64,000 nt of DNA, from IMG/VR virus record IMGVR_UViG_3300044591_002613, one strand, 5' to 3'. The stretch's first letter is position 1, and every line of letters starts with the position of its first letter. The stretch is from a virus. The position numbers were made by a program, and so were the translations under genes. Positions 20,162 through 30,270 of the stretch are shown here, piece after piece. Below the pieces are notes generated by a model. That model was not told the DNA's origin and did no database searches. It saw only the letters and a program-made list of their open reading frames with translations.

Positions 20162-20844
20162 GATTTATCTTGTACCTCGCTTTTACACGCCTTATCATAA
20201 TCTTTGATAATTTTATTAGCCGTAAACTCATCTGAAGTTATTGCATACATTTGCAAGTTCGAATGTAATGCAAACCTTGCCATTGACAACTCAGGCAGCC
20301 CTAGTATTAAAAATTTTCTACAAATAAGCGGACTCGCTAAATTTGCTAAAAGATAACCTACTTCCCATGCAAATTTTTTTGATACAGTCTGTCCGCTTCC
20401 CTCCTTTGGCTGAAAGCCAACATCCCAAACGTTTGTGCAATCGCCAATTTCCGAATTAAACCAGTTGGTTGTTTTAGTATTCGGCTCTTCGTTCTTAGTA
20501 AATAAGATGCCGACTTCACCGATAGGTGATAGATGGTTAGGCGGTTGGCGACAAGGTTGTTGTGAAACGATTGTTATGTAATCATAAAACTTAAAACCAA
20601 TTTCATCCCCCATGTAGACGTTACTCATAGCCTTTAGTCGTAGTTTTTTAGGCAACCGACTATACTGTAAAGAAATATGATTATTTTTTTGAGTTTTATA
20701 AAGCTGTTGATACATTTTTTTAGCATCTTTAGCTTCTAAAGGAAGCTCAATAATACTGAAATCACATTGCGGATAAATGCTTTTATTATAAATATCATCC
20801 GTGATCATTATCACGACTCTACCATCTGTGCTTGTAATTTGCAT
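20146..20844 (-). CDS. Hypothetical protein, possibly a degenerate N6/N4 DNA methyltransferase fold
   Basis: Layout echoes a beta-class MTase (CDFSIIELP at the DPPY position; TNVWDV; KFAWEV..L), but the catalytic and SAM motifs are absent. Confidence 0.4.
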   Translation of the reverse strand: MQITSTDGRVVIMITDDIYNKSIYPQCDFSIIELPLEAKDAKKMYQQLYKTQKNNHISLQYSRLPKKLRLKAMSNVYMGDEIGFKFYDYITIVSQQPCRQPPNHLSPIGEVGILFTKNEEPNTKTTNWFNSEIGDCTNVWDVGFQPKEGSGQTVSKKFAWEVGYLLANLASPLICRKFLILGLPELSMARFALHSNLQMYAITSDEFTANKIIKDYDKACKSEVQDKSWQKK

Positions 20845-22766
20845 TTTTGTTCCTGTATCTGTCTAGATATTTTTCTAGCGAACAGAGCAAATTCTCGGAT
20901 TCGCTGTTTTTTATTCTTTGCCTCAGATAACCATATAGCCTCATTAAATATTTTGCAAGCTTCATATAGTCCATGATTGATAACTAAAGGTTTAGCATAA
21001 ACGCGAATGATACTCCACGTATTACCATTACCCAGCCTTGAAGCCAAGTATTGAGGAGTGAAAACAAAACGTGTAGAACAAAAATTTTCAATTAATTTCC
21101 AATCAACCATAAACCCGCGCCGCTTCCAATGAGGTTTATATTCGTTGATATTTTTTGATAAACTTGGCATAAGCAATTGCCTTAGCGCCGTAGCTTTTCT
21201 TTCATGGGTATTCCAAAATTGTTTAAAATCTTCTAAACCAATATCAATAAAAATATTGTTTTCTGCCATTTTTAAATGCAAAATAAAACCCAACAACTGT
21301 TTAAATCCATCGAGCAGCCATTGTTTTTCTTCGCGCCATATTTTTCTTAAGGTTTGTTCGTTTTGTTTTGAAATGATTAAATCTATATAGTCGGATTCAA
21401 AAACTTTTTTCAAAAAGTTTTCAATAAACACATCATTTAAAATAAAATTATTTTTTTGATTGTTTATTTTTCTTTCAAGCTGTTTTATTTCAAAAACAAA
21501 TTTTATAAACCGTTTGATAGCCCGAGCATCGGCTATAATCTGTTTTTCCTCAACATGTCCAATATTTTTATCTAAAAGTTGTAAGCATTTTTCTGGATTT
21601 TGAATTAATGAGATCTGCAAACAATCAAGAAATAGGTTGTCTAAAAATTTTATTTCAGGCTCAAAGTAGGCGATTTTATCGTTTTTCCCGGAAGAAAAAT
21701 ATTTACCCACACTTTTATTAAAGTTCATTTCTCGTGAAAGAAGTATTAATCGATTAAAATCTTCAACCGGTTCAATACATTCTGTCGGATTTAAAAAACT
21801 ATCAAATTCTCTATAATAGAGCGTATATCGAGAAATGTTTAATGTATCGTTATATAAAAACTTTGCCGCAAGAGGATGTGTTTTTTGTACGTTAGCAATA
21901 CTATATTTGCTCAATAATGTTTGAATTTGAAAATTTGAAGACTGCAATACGCATCCAACAATATTAATGAACCTAGTTGCGTATTGATTTTTTACATTTT
22001 GATTATTGAATGTTGATGCCCGCTCAATAAACTCAATAGTCTTTTTTAAATCGTTATCTAGTCGATAAAAATCGCGTTTTTCAAATGGGATTAAATGGTC
22101 TTGCAAAGAATGTATTTCAAATGAATCAAGAGCAATTTTAGCTGTCCAAAAATTTCTATTCTTGCCCTGCTCGCGCTTTGTGGTATTTACGTATCCTTTT
22201 TCTATCCACTCTGGAAAATACGCTAAATGATAAAATCCCTGCTTTTTAGAAAGTGAGGCATTAAAATCAATGTAGTCGTGAACTTCGTGAAACAAGCTGT
22301 GGATAATATCTTTTTGTAATTGCTGGTAGTTTTTTGGTTCGATATTGCCATTTGCAACAAATATAATATGCCAGCCAATTCCACTAGAACTTTTAGCCAA
22401 TAGGCATTTGCCGTTTAAAATTGAACTAAGTCTAGAAAATCCGTCAACAATTTTGTCTGTAACTTCGGGCAAATTTTCTTTTAAGTCAAAATCAATAACA
22501 AACGTAGTTTGTGGCAAAAAGTCATTTGTAGGCTGCACAAATGGTATGTAGCGGTTTGTTTTTATCTGCTTGATCTTTTCTACATTTTTCTTATTGTAGA
22601 AAACTAAGTACTTTTTGTCTTTATCCTTGTTTTGATCAAGGAAAAGATTATTGATTTTAAAATAAGGAATGATCTGTGTATCTTTTTCCCACCGTCTTCT
22701 TACAAAGAACGGAAAATAGATATTTTGCGCCTTTGCCATAATGTCTTCTTTTTTTAGGTTTTGCAT
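20811..22766 (-). CDS. Large protein with an N-terminal AEP (primase-polymerase)-like domain
   Basis: FVIDFD (motif I) and KSSSGIGWHIIF (motif II, sxsGxGxH), with a downstream YID. Confidence 0.55.
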   Translation of the reverse strand: MQNLKKEDIMAKAQNIYFPFFVRRRWEKDTQIIPYFKINNLFLDQNKDKDKKYLVFYNKKNVEKIKQIKTNRYIPFVQPTNDFLPQTTFVIDFDLKENLPEVTDKIVDGFSRLSSILNGKCLLAKSSSGIGWHIIFVANGNIEPKNYQQLQKDIIHSLFHEVHDYIDFNASLSKKQGFYHLAYFPEWIEKGYVNTTKREQGKNRNFWTAKIALDSFEIHSLQDHLIPFEKRDFYRLDNDLKKTIEFIERASTFNNQNVKNQYATRFINIVGCVLQSSNFQIQTLLSKYSIANVQKTHPLAAKFLYNDTLNISRYTLYYREFDSFLNPTECIEPVEDFNRLILLSREMNFNKSVGKYFSSGKNDKIAYFEPEIKFLDNLFLDCLQISLIQNPEKCLQLLDKNIGHVEEKQIIADARAIKRFIKFVFEIKQLERKINNQKNNFILNDVFIENFLKKVFESDYIDLIISKQNEQTLRKIWREEKQWLLDGFKQLLGFILHLKMAENNIFIDIGLEDFKQFWNTHERKATALRQLLMPSLSKNINEYKPHWKRRGFMVDWKLIENFCSTRFVFTPQYLASRLGNGNTWSIIRVYAKPLVINHGLYEACKIFNEAIWLSEAKNKKQRIREFALFARKISRQIQEQKCKLQAQMVES

Positions 22767-22876
22767 TTTAATAAAAACACAACTATAGAAATAAGAAAAC
22801 GCCTACCGAATGACAACCAAACTTTTTTGTTTTCAATTTTATTAATCCTGGTACGCTGGCCACAAAGTGAGGTGCT

Positions 22877-23854
22877 ATGAATTGTTTAGTAGTCGGTGAC
22901 ATCCATCTAACACACCGTAGATTAAAGCGCTCAGAATTGCTGTTATCTCGGTTAACTGAAACTATATCTTCAGTTAAGCCCAAAATGGTTGTCTTGCTAG
23001 GCGACGTGTTTGACGAGCACGACATCGTTCGCAACGATTGTTTAACTATCTTTTCTGAGTTTTTGAGTGCAAACAGCCACGTAAAGATTGTTCATATTCT
23101 CGGTAATCATGAAATGAACGACAGCAAAACGTTCCTGCCTAGGTTCCATACGCTCGCACCATTCAAAAACACCCCAAACTATGTTGTAGTTGATACGCCT
23201 ATACACGATTGCATTGACGACACACACGTTGGGTTTGTACCTTACTGCCCTCCCGGAACGTTTCACAAAGCTACGGAAATGTTATCAGGCAAAGAAACTC
23301 TGTTGTTTGCACACCAAGAGTTTAAAGGCTGCTTGATGGAAGCTGGTTTAAAGAGCGAACACGGCGACGAACTTCCATCGTGCAAAGTAATTAGTGGTCA
23401 CATTCACGGTGAACACACGGTTAGTGACCTTATTTGGTATCCTGGGACGCCATGCCAACATCGATTTAGCGAAGACGAAGAAAAATTCGTATATCTAATT
23501 GATATTAAAAATGGCGATTACAAGGTTGTCCAGCCTATTGACTTGCAAATGCCAAAGTTTGTTACACGCGAGGTGAAGATCGAAGACGTCAGTAAATTTG
23601 AGATTGATCCAGTAAATGAATATCGGATTGTTATCAAAGATACGTCTTTCAATATTATTGCGTTTAAGAAAACAAAAGAATATAAAAAGCTAGCAAAGCA
23701 GGTTAAATTTAAATTTATTGCAGAAGATCATCAAGAAAAAACACAGCGCAAACTACAAGCAAACACAAAAAGTTTTAACGAACGTTTTTCTGACTATGTG
23801 AAGGAACGCAAACTTGAAAAATCGTATCAATTTATCTTTGACAAACTTCCGTAA
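22877..23854 (+). CDS. SbcD/Mre11 (T4 gp47-like) recombination nuclease
   Basis: GDIH, LGDVFD, GNHE, AHQE, GHIH and YPGTP. Confidence 0.9.
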   Translation: MNCLVVGDIHLTHRRLKRSELLLSRLTETISSVKPKMVVLLGDVFDEHDIVRNDCLTIFSEFLSANSHVKIVHILGNHEMNDSKTFLPRFHTLAPFKNTPNYVVVDTPIHDCIDDTHVGFVPYCPPGTFHKATEMLSGKETLLFAHQEFKGCLMEAGLKSEHGDELPSCKVISGHIHGEHTVSDLIWYPGTPCQHRFSEDEEKFVYLIDIKNGDYKVVQPIDLQMPKFVTREVKIEDVSKFEIDPVNEYRIVIKDTSFNIIAFKKTKEYKKLAKQVKFKFIAEDHQEKTQRKLQANTKSFNERFSDYVKERKLEKSYQFIFDKLP

Positions 23855-25811
23855 TCACAACGACGTATCCTTCTCTTTACCCGAAACCGGAATGGTGCGC
23901 ATACATGGGCGTAGCGGTGTAGGAAAGTCGTCTATCTTTAAAGCTATCAGTTACGCTTTTTACGGCAAGCAAAACAAAATAACAACATGGAATGAAGAAA
24001 CGACGTCTGTACAGTTTGACGGCTTTGATCTTTCAATAACTAGAGGTCGTGGCCCAAACATACTAAAAGTAAATGGACTTAGTTCGTCTACTGCGCAGAA
24101 TGAAATTGAAAACATTTTGCGTATGAACAAAACTGAGTTTGATATTTGCTCGTATGTTGCTCAAAACCAAAAGAACAGCCTGATTAATTTGTCTCCCTCA
24201 GAGCAAATGGAGCTAATCAACGAGCTTGCATTTAAAGGGTCTGACCCATTTAAACAAAAAGAAGAAATTGCCGAAAAAACCAAAGAAGTTGGTAATTTAC
24301 TTAGCCAATTAGAGCACAAAGAACAAAACACTCAAGATAAAATCAAAGAAATTAATAACACTATTAATTCCTTGGCAGGTACGTTGTTTGATGTGCAAGG
24401 TTCGCCAAAAGATTTAGAAAAGAAAATTGCCACAGTTGAAACTCAAATTAAAATACTCACTGGTAAAATTTCTGGCCTCAGACAGGCTCGAGATGAGCTT
24501 AGTGAAAATAAAAACCATCCAGCCAGGGCAGTATTTCAGTCGGCGTCTGACTTTTTAACAAAATATCAAGAACAGCTTGAAGAATTGTCGGCAAAACAAT
24601 CTGAGTTCCAAGAAAAACTTCAAGGCTTTAAAGAAGATGCAACCGGAAAGCAAATAGCCGAGTACGAAGAACAAATAAGAAAGCTCAAGCAAGAACTTAA
24701 TAAAATGGAATGGCTGCTTTCCCAAATGCAAAATTTGGAAAAATACCAAGAGCGTAAACAGTTATCGTTAAACAAGATCTTTAGCCTTACACAGAACATA
24801 GAGCTGTACGGCGAGCCAGAAATTGTGGACAGAGTTCTTGATTTAAAGATTATCTGTGAAGAGTTTTTGGGACACCACGATGCCGTAGAATCTATTTCGG
24901 TTACTAACTTTGAATCAGAAATTAATACAAAAATCGTCGCACACAAAAAGAACATTCAAAAGTTTGAGAAAGCTGCCAACCAATTGAGCGAACATCTTAA
25001 AGAAATGCGTAAATACAAAGTTCTTTTAGATGATGTAGAAAGCAGTATTGCCACTCTCCAAAAGAAAAAGCAAAAGGCTGACCAAATTATTAGCACAAAT
25101 GCTAACTTAATCCCTATTACAGAGCTGGAGAATAAAATTCAGTCTACGTTTGCGGAAATTGAGCTGCATTCAAATGAACTAAACAAGCAAACAAATAAAA
25201 AGACTGCTCTGCAATCACAGCTTGATCAAATTAATAAAAATGCCGAAATTAATAATAAGATCAGTGAATATCAAGAACGACTCGATATTCTGACTGCGTC
25301 TTTGGCAGATATTGCAAAACAGAAGCAAGATGCTAAAGAGCTGTATTCCGGTTGTAGTGAAATTGGTGAAATCTGGCAAAAGTCAATGTTGGAATCGCTG
25401 GAAAGCATCATTGACGAGATTAATTTCCGTGCAACTTACTGGCTCGACTTGCTCTTAGATGGTCGAGTGAAGGCCGAACTAAAAACCACCAGAAAACTCA
25501 AGTCTAAAGACAAAGAAATTTCGGCCATTAACCTAGAGTTGACCTGCGATGGGCAGGTATTAGATACACTCAACGAAGATGATTTGTCTGGTGGTCAGTT
25601 TAGCCGTTTAGTTCTAGCGTTTCAATTGGCGCTGTCGGATATGTACAACAGCCCCATTTTGATGCTTGACGAAAGCTTGCAAGGTTGTGACCTCGCTACT
25701 CAAGAAATTTGCATTAGCGCAATTAAAGAAATTTCCGACCGTAAGCTTGTCCTTATGATCGAACATCATACACAAGACTACTTTTTTGATGAGGTTATTT
25801 ACATTGAGTAA
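23814..25811 (+). CDS. SbcC/Rad50 (T4 gp46-like) ABC ATPase
   Basis: NFRNH, Walker A GRSGVGKSS, Q-loop, long coiled coil, signature LSGGQ, Walker B LMLDES and IEH. Confidence 0.9.
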   Translation: MKNRINLSLTNFRNHNDVSFSLPETGMVRIHGRSGVGKSSIFKAISYAFYGKQNKITTWNEETTSVQFDGFDLSITRGRGPNILKVNGLSSSTAQNEIENILRMNKTEFDICSYVAQNQKNSLINLSPSEQMELINELAFKGSDPFKQKEEIAEKTKEVGNLLSQLEHKEQNTQDKIKEINNTINSLAGTLFDVQGSPKDLEKKIATVETQIKILTGKISGLRQARDELSENKNHPARAVFQSASDFLTKYQEQLEELSAKQSEFQEKLQGFKEDATGKQIAEYEEQIRKLKQELNKMEWLLSQMQNLEKYQERKQLSLNKIFSLTQNIELYGEPEIVDRVLDLKIICEEFLGHHDAVESISVTNFESEINTKIVAHKKNIQKFEKAANQLSEHLKEMRKYKVLLDDVESSIATLQKKKQKADQIISTNANLIPITELENKIQSTFAEIELHSNELNKQTNKKTALQSQLDQINKNAEINNKISEYQERLDILTASLADIAKQKQDAKELYSGCSEIGEIWQKSMLESLESIIDEINFRATYWLDLLLDGRVKAELKTTRKLKSKDKEISAINLELTCDGQVLDTLNEDDLSGGQFSRLVLAFQLALSDMYNSPILMLDESLQGCDLATQEICISAIKEISDRKLVLMIEHHTQDYFFDEVIYIE

Positions 25812-26607
25812 GTGGGAAGATTTTTTGGCTAAGGTCAAAGATGTAAAACAAAACTATGAAACTGGCGAAATTAAAATTATGGTTTCGCCTATCATAACTA
25901 TGATTATGAGCGGTGCGTTTGATGACTGTTTTCCTGATCCATTGACAGTAGAGCAGCGATTTGTAGCTATCGAACAGCTTAAAAAAGCTTGTAAGTCTAC
26001 CGCCGGTTTTCCAAAGATCAAAGACCAGCGGATTCCTATGGAAAAGATTTCATCCGACTTTGACCGCCAGTTATGGTTGGCAGACTTTAACCCTATTTTT
26101 TCTATCAGTTTTTGTAATGTATACCAGTCGGCTCTGCAGCAACTTGGGTTTAAACCAACCAAAGAAGAGTTTGCTGAGGTATTTCCATTTGCCCGTCAAT
26201 TTACTATTGACCAAAACGGTCACAAAGTAGAAGATCGTGTGGCGATTGCTAAAAGCTACAAGGGGACAATATCTGACTTTTCGGTAAAGACTGGAATGTG
26301 GCGCAAAGCATTTTTTGGTTATTTTAATGGATATGCGACTAAAAAGTATGACGGCAAAGAGTTTATTGAAGTTTCGATTTTTGATGGTAGTGACGATGTG
26401 CGTGTGCGTATGTGGCCAAAAGATAGATTAGTTGACGATCCCGTTACTGGCATAAAAAAGAAAGTATTTGAATACGACCCTAAGATTAATAAAAAACTAG
26501 GATCATACCGGCATAAGCTGTGTTTGTTTGTAGGGAAAGTTGGTGTGAGTAGTTTTACTAAAAAACCATATTTTAATCTACAAGATATCATCGACTTTTC
26601 AATTTAA
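25804..26607 (+). CDS. C-terminal part (helical segment + OB fold) of a split DNA polymerase III alpha
   Basis: SKWEDFLAKV...IITMIMSGAFDD matches the DnaE motif S.EDF..R...LI.AGAFD. FIEVSIFDGSDDVRVRMW and LFVGKV match the DnaE OB fold. TTG 25804 has SD GAGGT 8 nt upstream. Confidence 0.7.
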   Translation: MSKWEDFLAKVKDVKQNYETGEIKIMVSPIITMIMSGAFDDCFPDPLTVEQRFVAIEQLKKACKSTAGFPKIKDQRIPMEKISSDFDRQLWLADFNPIFSISFCNVYQSALQQLGFKPTKEEFAEVFPFARQFTIDQNGHKVEDRVAIAKSYKGTISDFSVKTGMWRKAFFGYFNGYATKKYDGKEFIEVSIFDGSDDVRVRMWPKDRLVDDPVTGIKKKVFEYDPKINKKLGSYRHKLCLFVGKVGVSSFTKKPYFNLQDIIDFSI

Positions 26608-26625
26608 ATTTATTACCATCAATAG

Positions 26626-27081
26626 ATGGCAAAGAAGTCTAAAAAGAAACGTAAATGGGTATTAAGGGCATCGCTTATTTCAGCGATTCGCCGGTTGTTT
26701 TCTATTAGTCCAATCAAAAAACTTGTTTTAGAAAACGCAAAAGTTCCATACAAAGCTTCCAAAAAAGACGGAACCGAAAGTAAAGCTAAACGCGTCAAAT
26801 ATAAATGTTGCACCTGTAATAAAATTTTTGATTATAAAGAAATTCAAGTCGACCATGAAGACCCTGTAATTGAAGTTACAGGTTGGAGAGACTGGAATAC
26901 ATATGTTGATCGAATGTTTGTCGGTATAGATTTTTATGATGAGGAAAATATTACAGATGAAATGAAACAACACATATTGTCAAAACTAACCGTTAAATGC
27001 ATTCCTTGTCACACACAAAAAAGTATTGTTGAAAATAAGGCAAGGCGAAAACCAAAAAAACCGTCTAGGAGAAAAAAATGA
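26626..27081 (+). CDS. HNH endonuclease
   Basis: CCTC...QVDHEDPV...CIPCHTQKS. Confidence 0.8.
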   Translation: MAKKSKKKRKWVLRASLISAIRRLFSISPIKKLVLENAKVPYKASKKDGTESKAKRVKYKCCTCNKIFDYKEIQVDHEDPVIEVTGWRDWNTYVDRMFVGIDFYDEENITDEMKQHILSKLTVKCIPCHTQKSIVENKARRKPKKPSRRKK

Positions 27082-27704
27082 CCGTTATGTACGACCGTTC
27101 ATATTCAATTCCAGTAATTGTTGATTTATCAGATCTTAAAGAAGAAGAAGCTCAGATTATTTTGCAGGGCATCGAAAAGTATGCGCCAGTTCAGCTTGGG
27201 TATGTTTCTGATTATGCAATTCAAGTTGCAGAAGAAATGAAAACGAAAGGCTATACTGCATCCCTCAGCAGAGAGATGCCGTTTGAAATTTCTGCAACCG
27301 AGGCAAATGTTCTTTTTGCTAATTGCCTTAAATTATTTTCTGGTTCTACTGCTATTCGCAGAACCCCAGACACAAGCCGTGTAGTAAAGAAGATTGAAAG
27401 CACTCGCGACTTTGTTCGTATTGTAGAAGACCTTACTCTTCAACAAGATAATATCAGTGTTTCGCAAATTTTTAGAACTGGTGAACTGCAATCTAGTGTT
27501 TTTTATACATATCACCGTACACCACTTAATAATCGTTTATCAAGAACTATCATTGTTGTGCCAAAAGGAGGAGGAAAGAAGTCTCAAGAAGAAAAACTTG
27601 TAACCGTACTCAAAACAATCGAAGAAGGCATCGAGTTATCAAGAGTAACCGCTGCTGCTAATAATTCAATGAACCCGTCGCTAAAAAAATTCCAATACCG
27701 TTAA
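27078..27704 (+). CDS. Hypothetical protein
   Basis: 208-aa ORF, ATGA-coupled. Confidence 0.6.
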   Translation: MTVMYDRSYSIPVIVDLSDLKEEEAQIILQGIEKYAPVQLGYVSDYAIQVAEEMKTKGYTASLSREMPFEISATEANVLFANCLKLFSGSTAIRRTPDTSRVVKKIESTRDFVRIVEDLTLQQDNISVSQIFRTGELQSSVFYTYHRTPLNNRLSRTIIVVPKGGGKKSQEEKLVTVLKTIEEGIELSRVTAAANNSMNPSLKKFQYR

Positions 27705-27717
27705 AAGGAGCCGTACA

Positions 27718-28635
27718 ATGGAAAATTTCGATTACTCACTTCTTGAAAATGAAGACTTCTCTGTTGGTAAGCAAAAAGAGCAGCGCGAAAAAATCAACTA
27801 TGTTGGTGGCGCAAAGAATACTACTTGGCCACTTACACTCCGTGTTGTTGTTAATCAGCATGTTGGTAAGCCGCGTCCCTACGCAGAAAACCATTTCCAC
27901 GAATACACTTTGAACGGCGAATACATGCGTATTCCGTGTCCACGTTCTGTAGGCAAGACCTGTTCTATTTGTGATGCTCACTGGAAGCACCGCGACGAGG
28001 CAACTAAGCTGGAAGAAATGGGTGCTAAAGCTCCCGGCCATAAAATGCATGAAAAGTATTTAAACCATTCCACACTTGCTAAGTCGTTTGAGCAAAAACG
28101 CCGATTCTCGGTACTTGTTGTTCTTCGTGGCGATGACAAGATTTCCGTACTCGACGCTAAAACATCTTTGATTAAATCTATCTTTGGCGATGCGAGCAAG
28201 AAGATCAGTGGTGTTGTACATAAGTTTAAAGATTACAATGCACAGGTTTACAACCCTTCTGAGCCTACTGGTTGGATGGTGCTTAACAAAACTGGCGAAA
28301 AGTTGGACACGCGCTATTCTGCTGATCTTTGTGTTGAATCAAAGATGGTTGGCCGCCAAAAAACTGAAATGCTCTACGAACAACAGCTACCAAACTCTGT
28401 GCGAGATCGTCTAAAAGATCCTGAAAAGATGATCGATTTGGTACAAATGTTTGCTTCCCGCCTTTGGAGCGAAGATGAAATGGCAGCGTTTGTTGCATCC
28501 GGTGGTACAGAACTTCCTGAACGTTTACTCCGTAAATCAAATAATGGTGGCGGTGAAGAATCCAGTAAGCCAGCTGCAAGTTCTGCATCAGTTGACTTCG
28601 ACAGTACAGATGACGAGAACTGGAATCCCTTCTAA
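27718..28635 (+). CDS. Single-stranded DNA-binding protein (T4 gp32-like)
   Basis: H...CPRSVGKTCSIC zinc site, KTGEKLDTRY and an acidic tail DFDSTDDENWNPF. Next to RecA. Confidence 0.8.
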   Translation: MENFDYSLLENEDFSVGKQKEQREKINYVGGAKNTTWPLTLRVVVNQHVGKPRPYAENHFHEYTLNGEYMRIPCPRSVGKTCSICDAHWKHRDEATKLEEMGAKAPGHKMHEKYLNHSTLAKSFEQKRRFSVLVVLRGDDKISVLDAKTSLIKSIFGDASKKISGVVHKFKDYNAQVYNPSEPTGWMVLNKTGEKLDTRYSADLCVESKMVGRQKTEMLYEQQLPNSVRDRLKDPEKMIDLVQMFASRLWSEDEMAAFVASGGTELPERLLRKSNNGGGEESSKPAASSASVDFDSTDDENWNPF

Positions 28636-28658
28636 TAGTACTCAATAACTTGTTTTTG

Positions 28659-28686
28659 ACCGACCATGCATTTGGTCGGTTTTTTT
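28659..28686 (+). terminator. Rho-independent terminator after SSB
   Basis: ACCGACCA-TGCATT-TGGTCGGT-TTTTTT. Confidence 0.8.
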
Positions 28687-28701
28687 ATATTAGGTGGACA
28701 C

Positions 28702-29172
28702 ATGGCATCAGAAGTTGTTTCCAAACGTGATCAAATGAACATGATTGCTAATCAGCTTGCCCCGTTTATTGCAAAGAGTAAGCAGTCAGTGCAGGTTAGC
28801 GAGCATGATGCTCCGGTGTTTTTGCAGTCAATGCGCGAAGGGCTGCTAGCTATTTCTGAACTAATGACTAAAGCGCAATACTCTTTGTCTAAATCAAAGA
28901 TAGAAAAAGAGCGAATCGAATCGGTATTACGAATCGAAAAATTTCCCGAATGGGCAGCAGAAAAGAACTTGCAAAAGCCTACCGAAAAAGACAAACAAGC
29001 CTTCATTTGTATTCAACCGGAATATCAGATGGCGCAGGAGGACGAAGCCTACTGGGAAAGTGTTTATTCTTATTTATCTTCAGTTCGTTCGGTGCTATCA
29101 ATTTCAATAGATGATGTTAAGAAAAACATCTATGGCCGTACCAATTTCAACAATATCAACATCCGTGCGTGA
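28702..29172 (+). CDS. UvsY-like recombination mediator
   Basis: Helical protein of about 156 aa with KPTEKDKQAFI...PEY, between SSB and RecA. Start placed at the ATG after AGGTGG. Confidence 0.5.
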   Translation: MASEVVSKRDQMNMIANQLAPFIAKSKQSVQVSEHDAPVFLQSMREGLLAISELMTKAQYSLSKSKIEKERIESVLRIEKFPEWAAEKNLQKPTEKDKQAFICIQPEYQMAQEDEAYWESVYSYLSSVRSVLSISIDDVKKNIYGRTNFNNINIRA

Positions 29173-29180
29173 GGTAATAA

Positions 29181-30269
29181 ATGTCAAAACTGCCAAGTTA
29201 TTTGTCGTCAATGTTAAAAATGGAACGTGTAGCCGTAGCCAAGGAATTTTCCAACAAACAAAAACAAGTCCGTTCTACCGGTTCAGTTTCATTTGACTGG
29301 GCTGTCGGTGGAGGTATTCCAGTTGGTGAACTTGTAATGCTATGGGGTTCGCCCGGTTCAGGTAAAAGCCTTATGGCTCTAAAGCTGCTTGCACAAGAGC
29401 AACGAATGAACCCGACTAAATACGGCATCTTTATCGACACAGAATATGCGTTTAACCCCGAGCGTGCAGCTAGTTTAGGTGTTGATCTCGACCGTTTGGT
29501 AGTCATTCAATCCAACACGTTTGAAGGCGCTATTAAGCCCCTAGCTAAGGCTGAAGAGGAAATCAAGAAGAACAAAGATTGCTGTGCTATTGTCCTCGAT
29601 TCCGTCAAAGCTCTTACGGCGCTTGGCGAACAAGGTGCAATGGAAGAGGGCGATGTTAGCGGTGCTGCTAATGGATACGGTGGTATTTCTAAAAGCATTA
29701 ATCCTGCCTTAAACGTACTGAATCGTATTGCTAATGAGTGCGAAGTCCTAGTAGTCCTTACCAACCACGCTATGGCAAACCTCGATACCCGTATGGCTAA
29801 ATACTACCCGTGGGTGCTTACTGGCGGTCAACGACTAAAACACCTGTGCTCGACTATTATTTTCTTGGAAAAGGCAACTGGCATGAAGGATAAGCTGGTT
29901 TCCGAATCCAAAGACGGCCAAGGCAAGAATATTGCGGTCGGTTCTAAGGTTCGCTGCAAAGTTAATAAGACGCGTCTTACTGTCGAGGGCAAGGCTGCTG
30001 AATTTTGGCTAAACATGGAAAGCGGAGAACTGGCTAACCAATATGAAGAGCTTGTAGAGTTAGCGTTAAATCTTGGCGTACTCCATAAAAAAGAAACTGG
30101 TAACACCATTTACTTCGGCCCAGAAGAGCTTGGAATTAAAGCAGGCAATATGTCTAAGTTTGTTGATTTGGTCAAAATGGATGAAAATCTATACGCCAAG
30201 ATCAAACAAGAAGTGTTTAATTCCAAAAACATGGGCATTGCTATGAATGCCGATATTTACGAGGGATGA
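29181..30269 (+). CDS. recA: RecA/UvsX recombinase
   Basis: STGSVSFDWAVGGGIP, GSPGSGKS, FIDTEYA, IVLDSV, TGGQRLKH and KVNKTR. Confidence 0.92.
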   Translation: MSKLPSYLSSMLKMERVAVAKEFSNKQKQVRSTGSVSFDWAVGGGIPVGELVMLWGSPGSGKSLMALKLLAQEQRMNPTKYGIFIDTEYAFNPERAASLGVDLDRLVVIQSNTFEGAIKPLAKAEEEIKKNKDCCAIVLDSVKALTALGEQGAMEEGDVSGAANGYGGISKSINPALNVLNRIANECEVLVVLTNHAMANLDTRMAKYYPWVLTGGQRLKHLCSTIIFLEKATGMKDKLVSESKDGQGKNIAVGSKVRCKVNKTRLTVEGKAAEFWLNMESGELANQYEELVELALNLGVLHKKETGNTIYFGPEELGIKAGNMSKFVDLVKMDENLYAKIKQEVFNSKNMGIAMNADIYEG

Positions 30270-30270
30270 T

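Noticed and set aside
22783-23266. Minus-strand ORFs overlapping sbcD, and many similar 60-150 aa antisense ORFs across the tail genes
   Set aside because: They overlap well-supported genes on the opposite strand and have no coding features.
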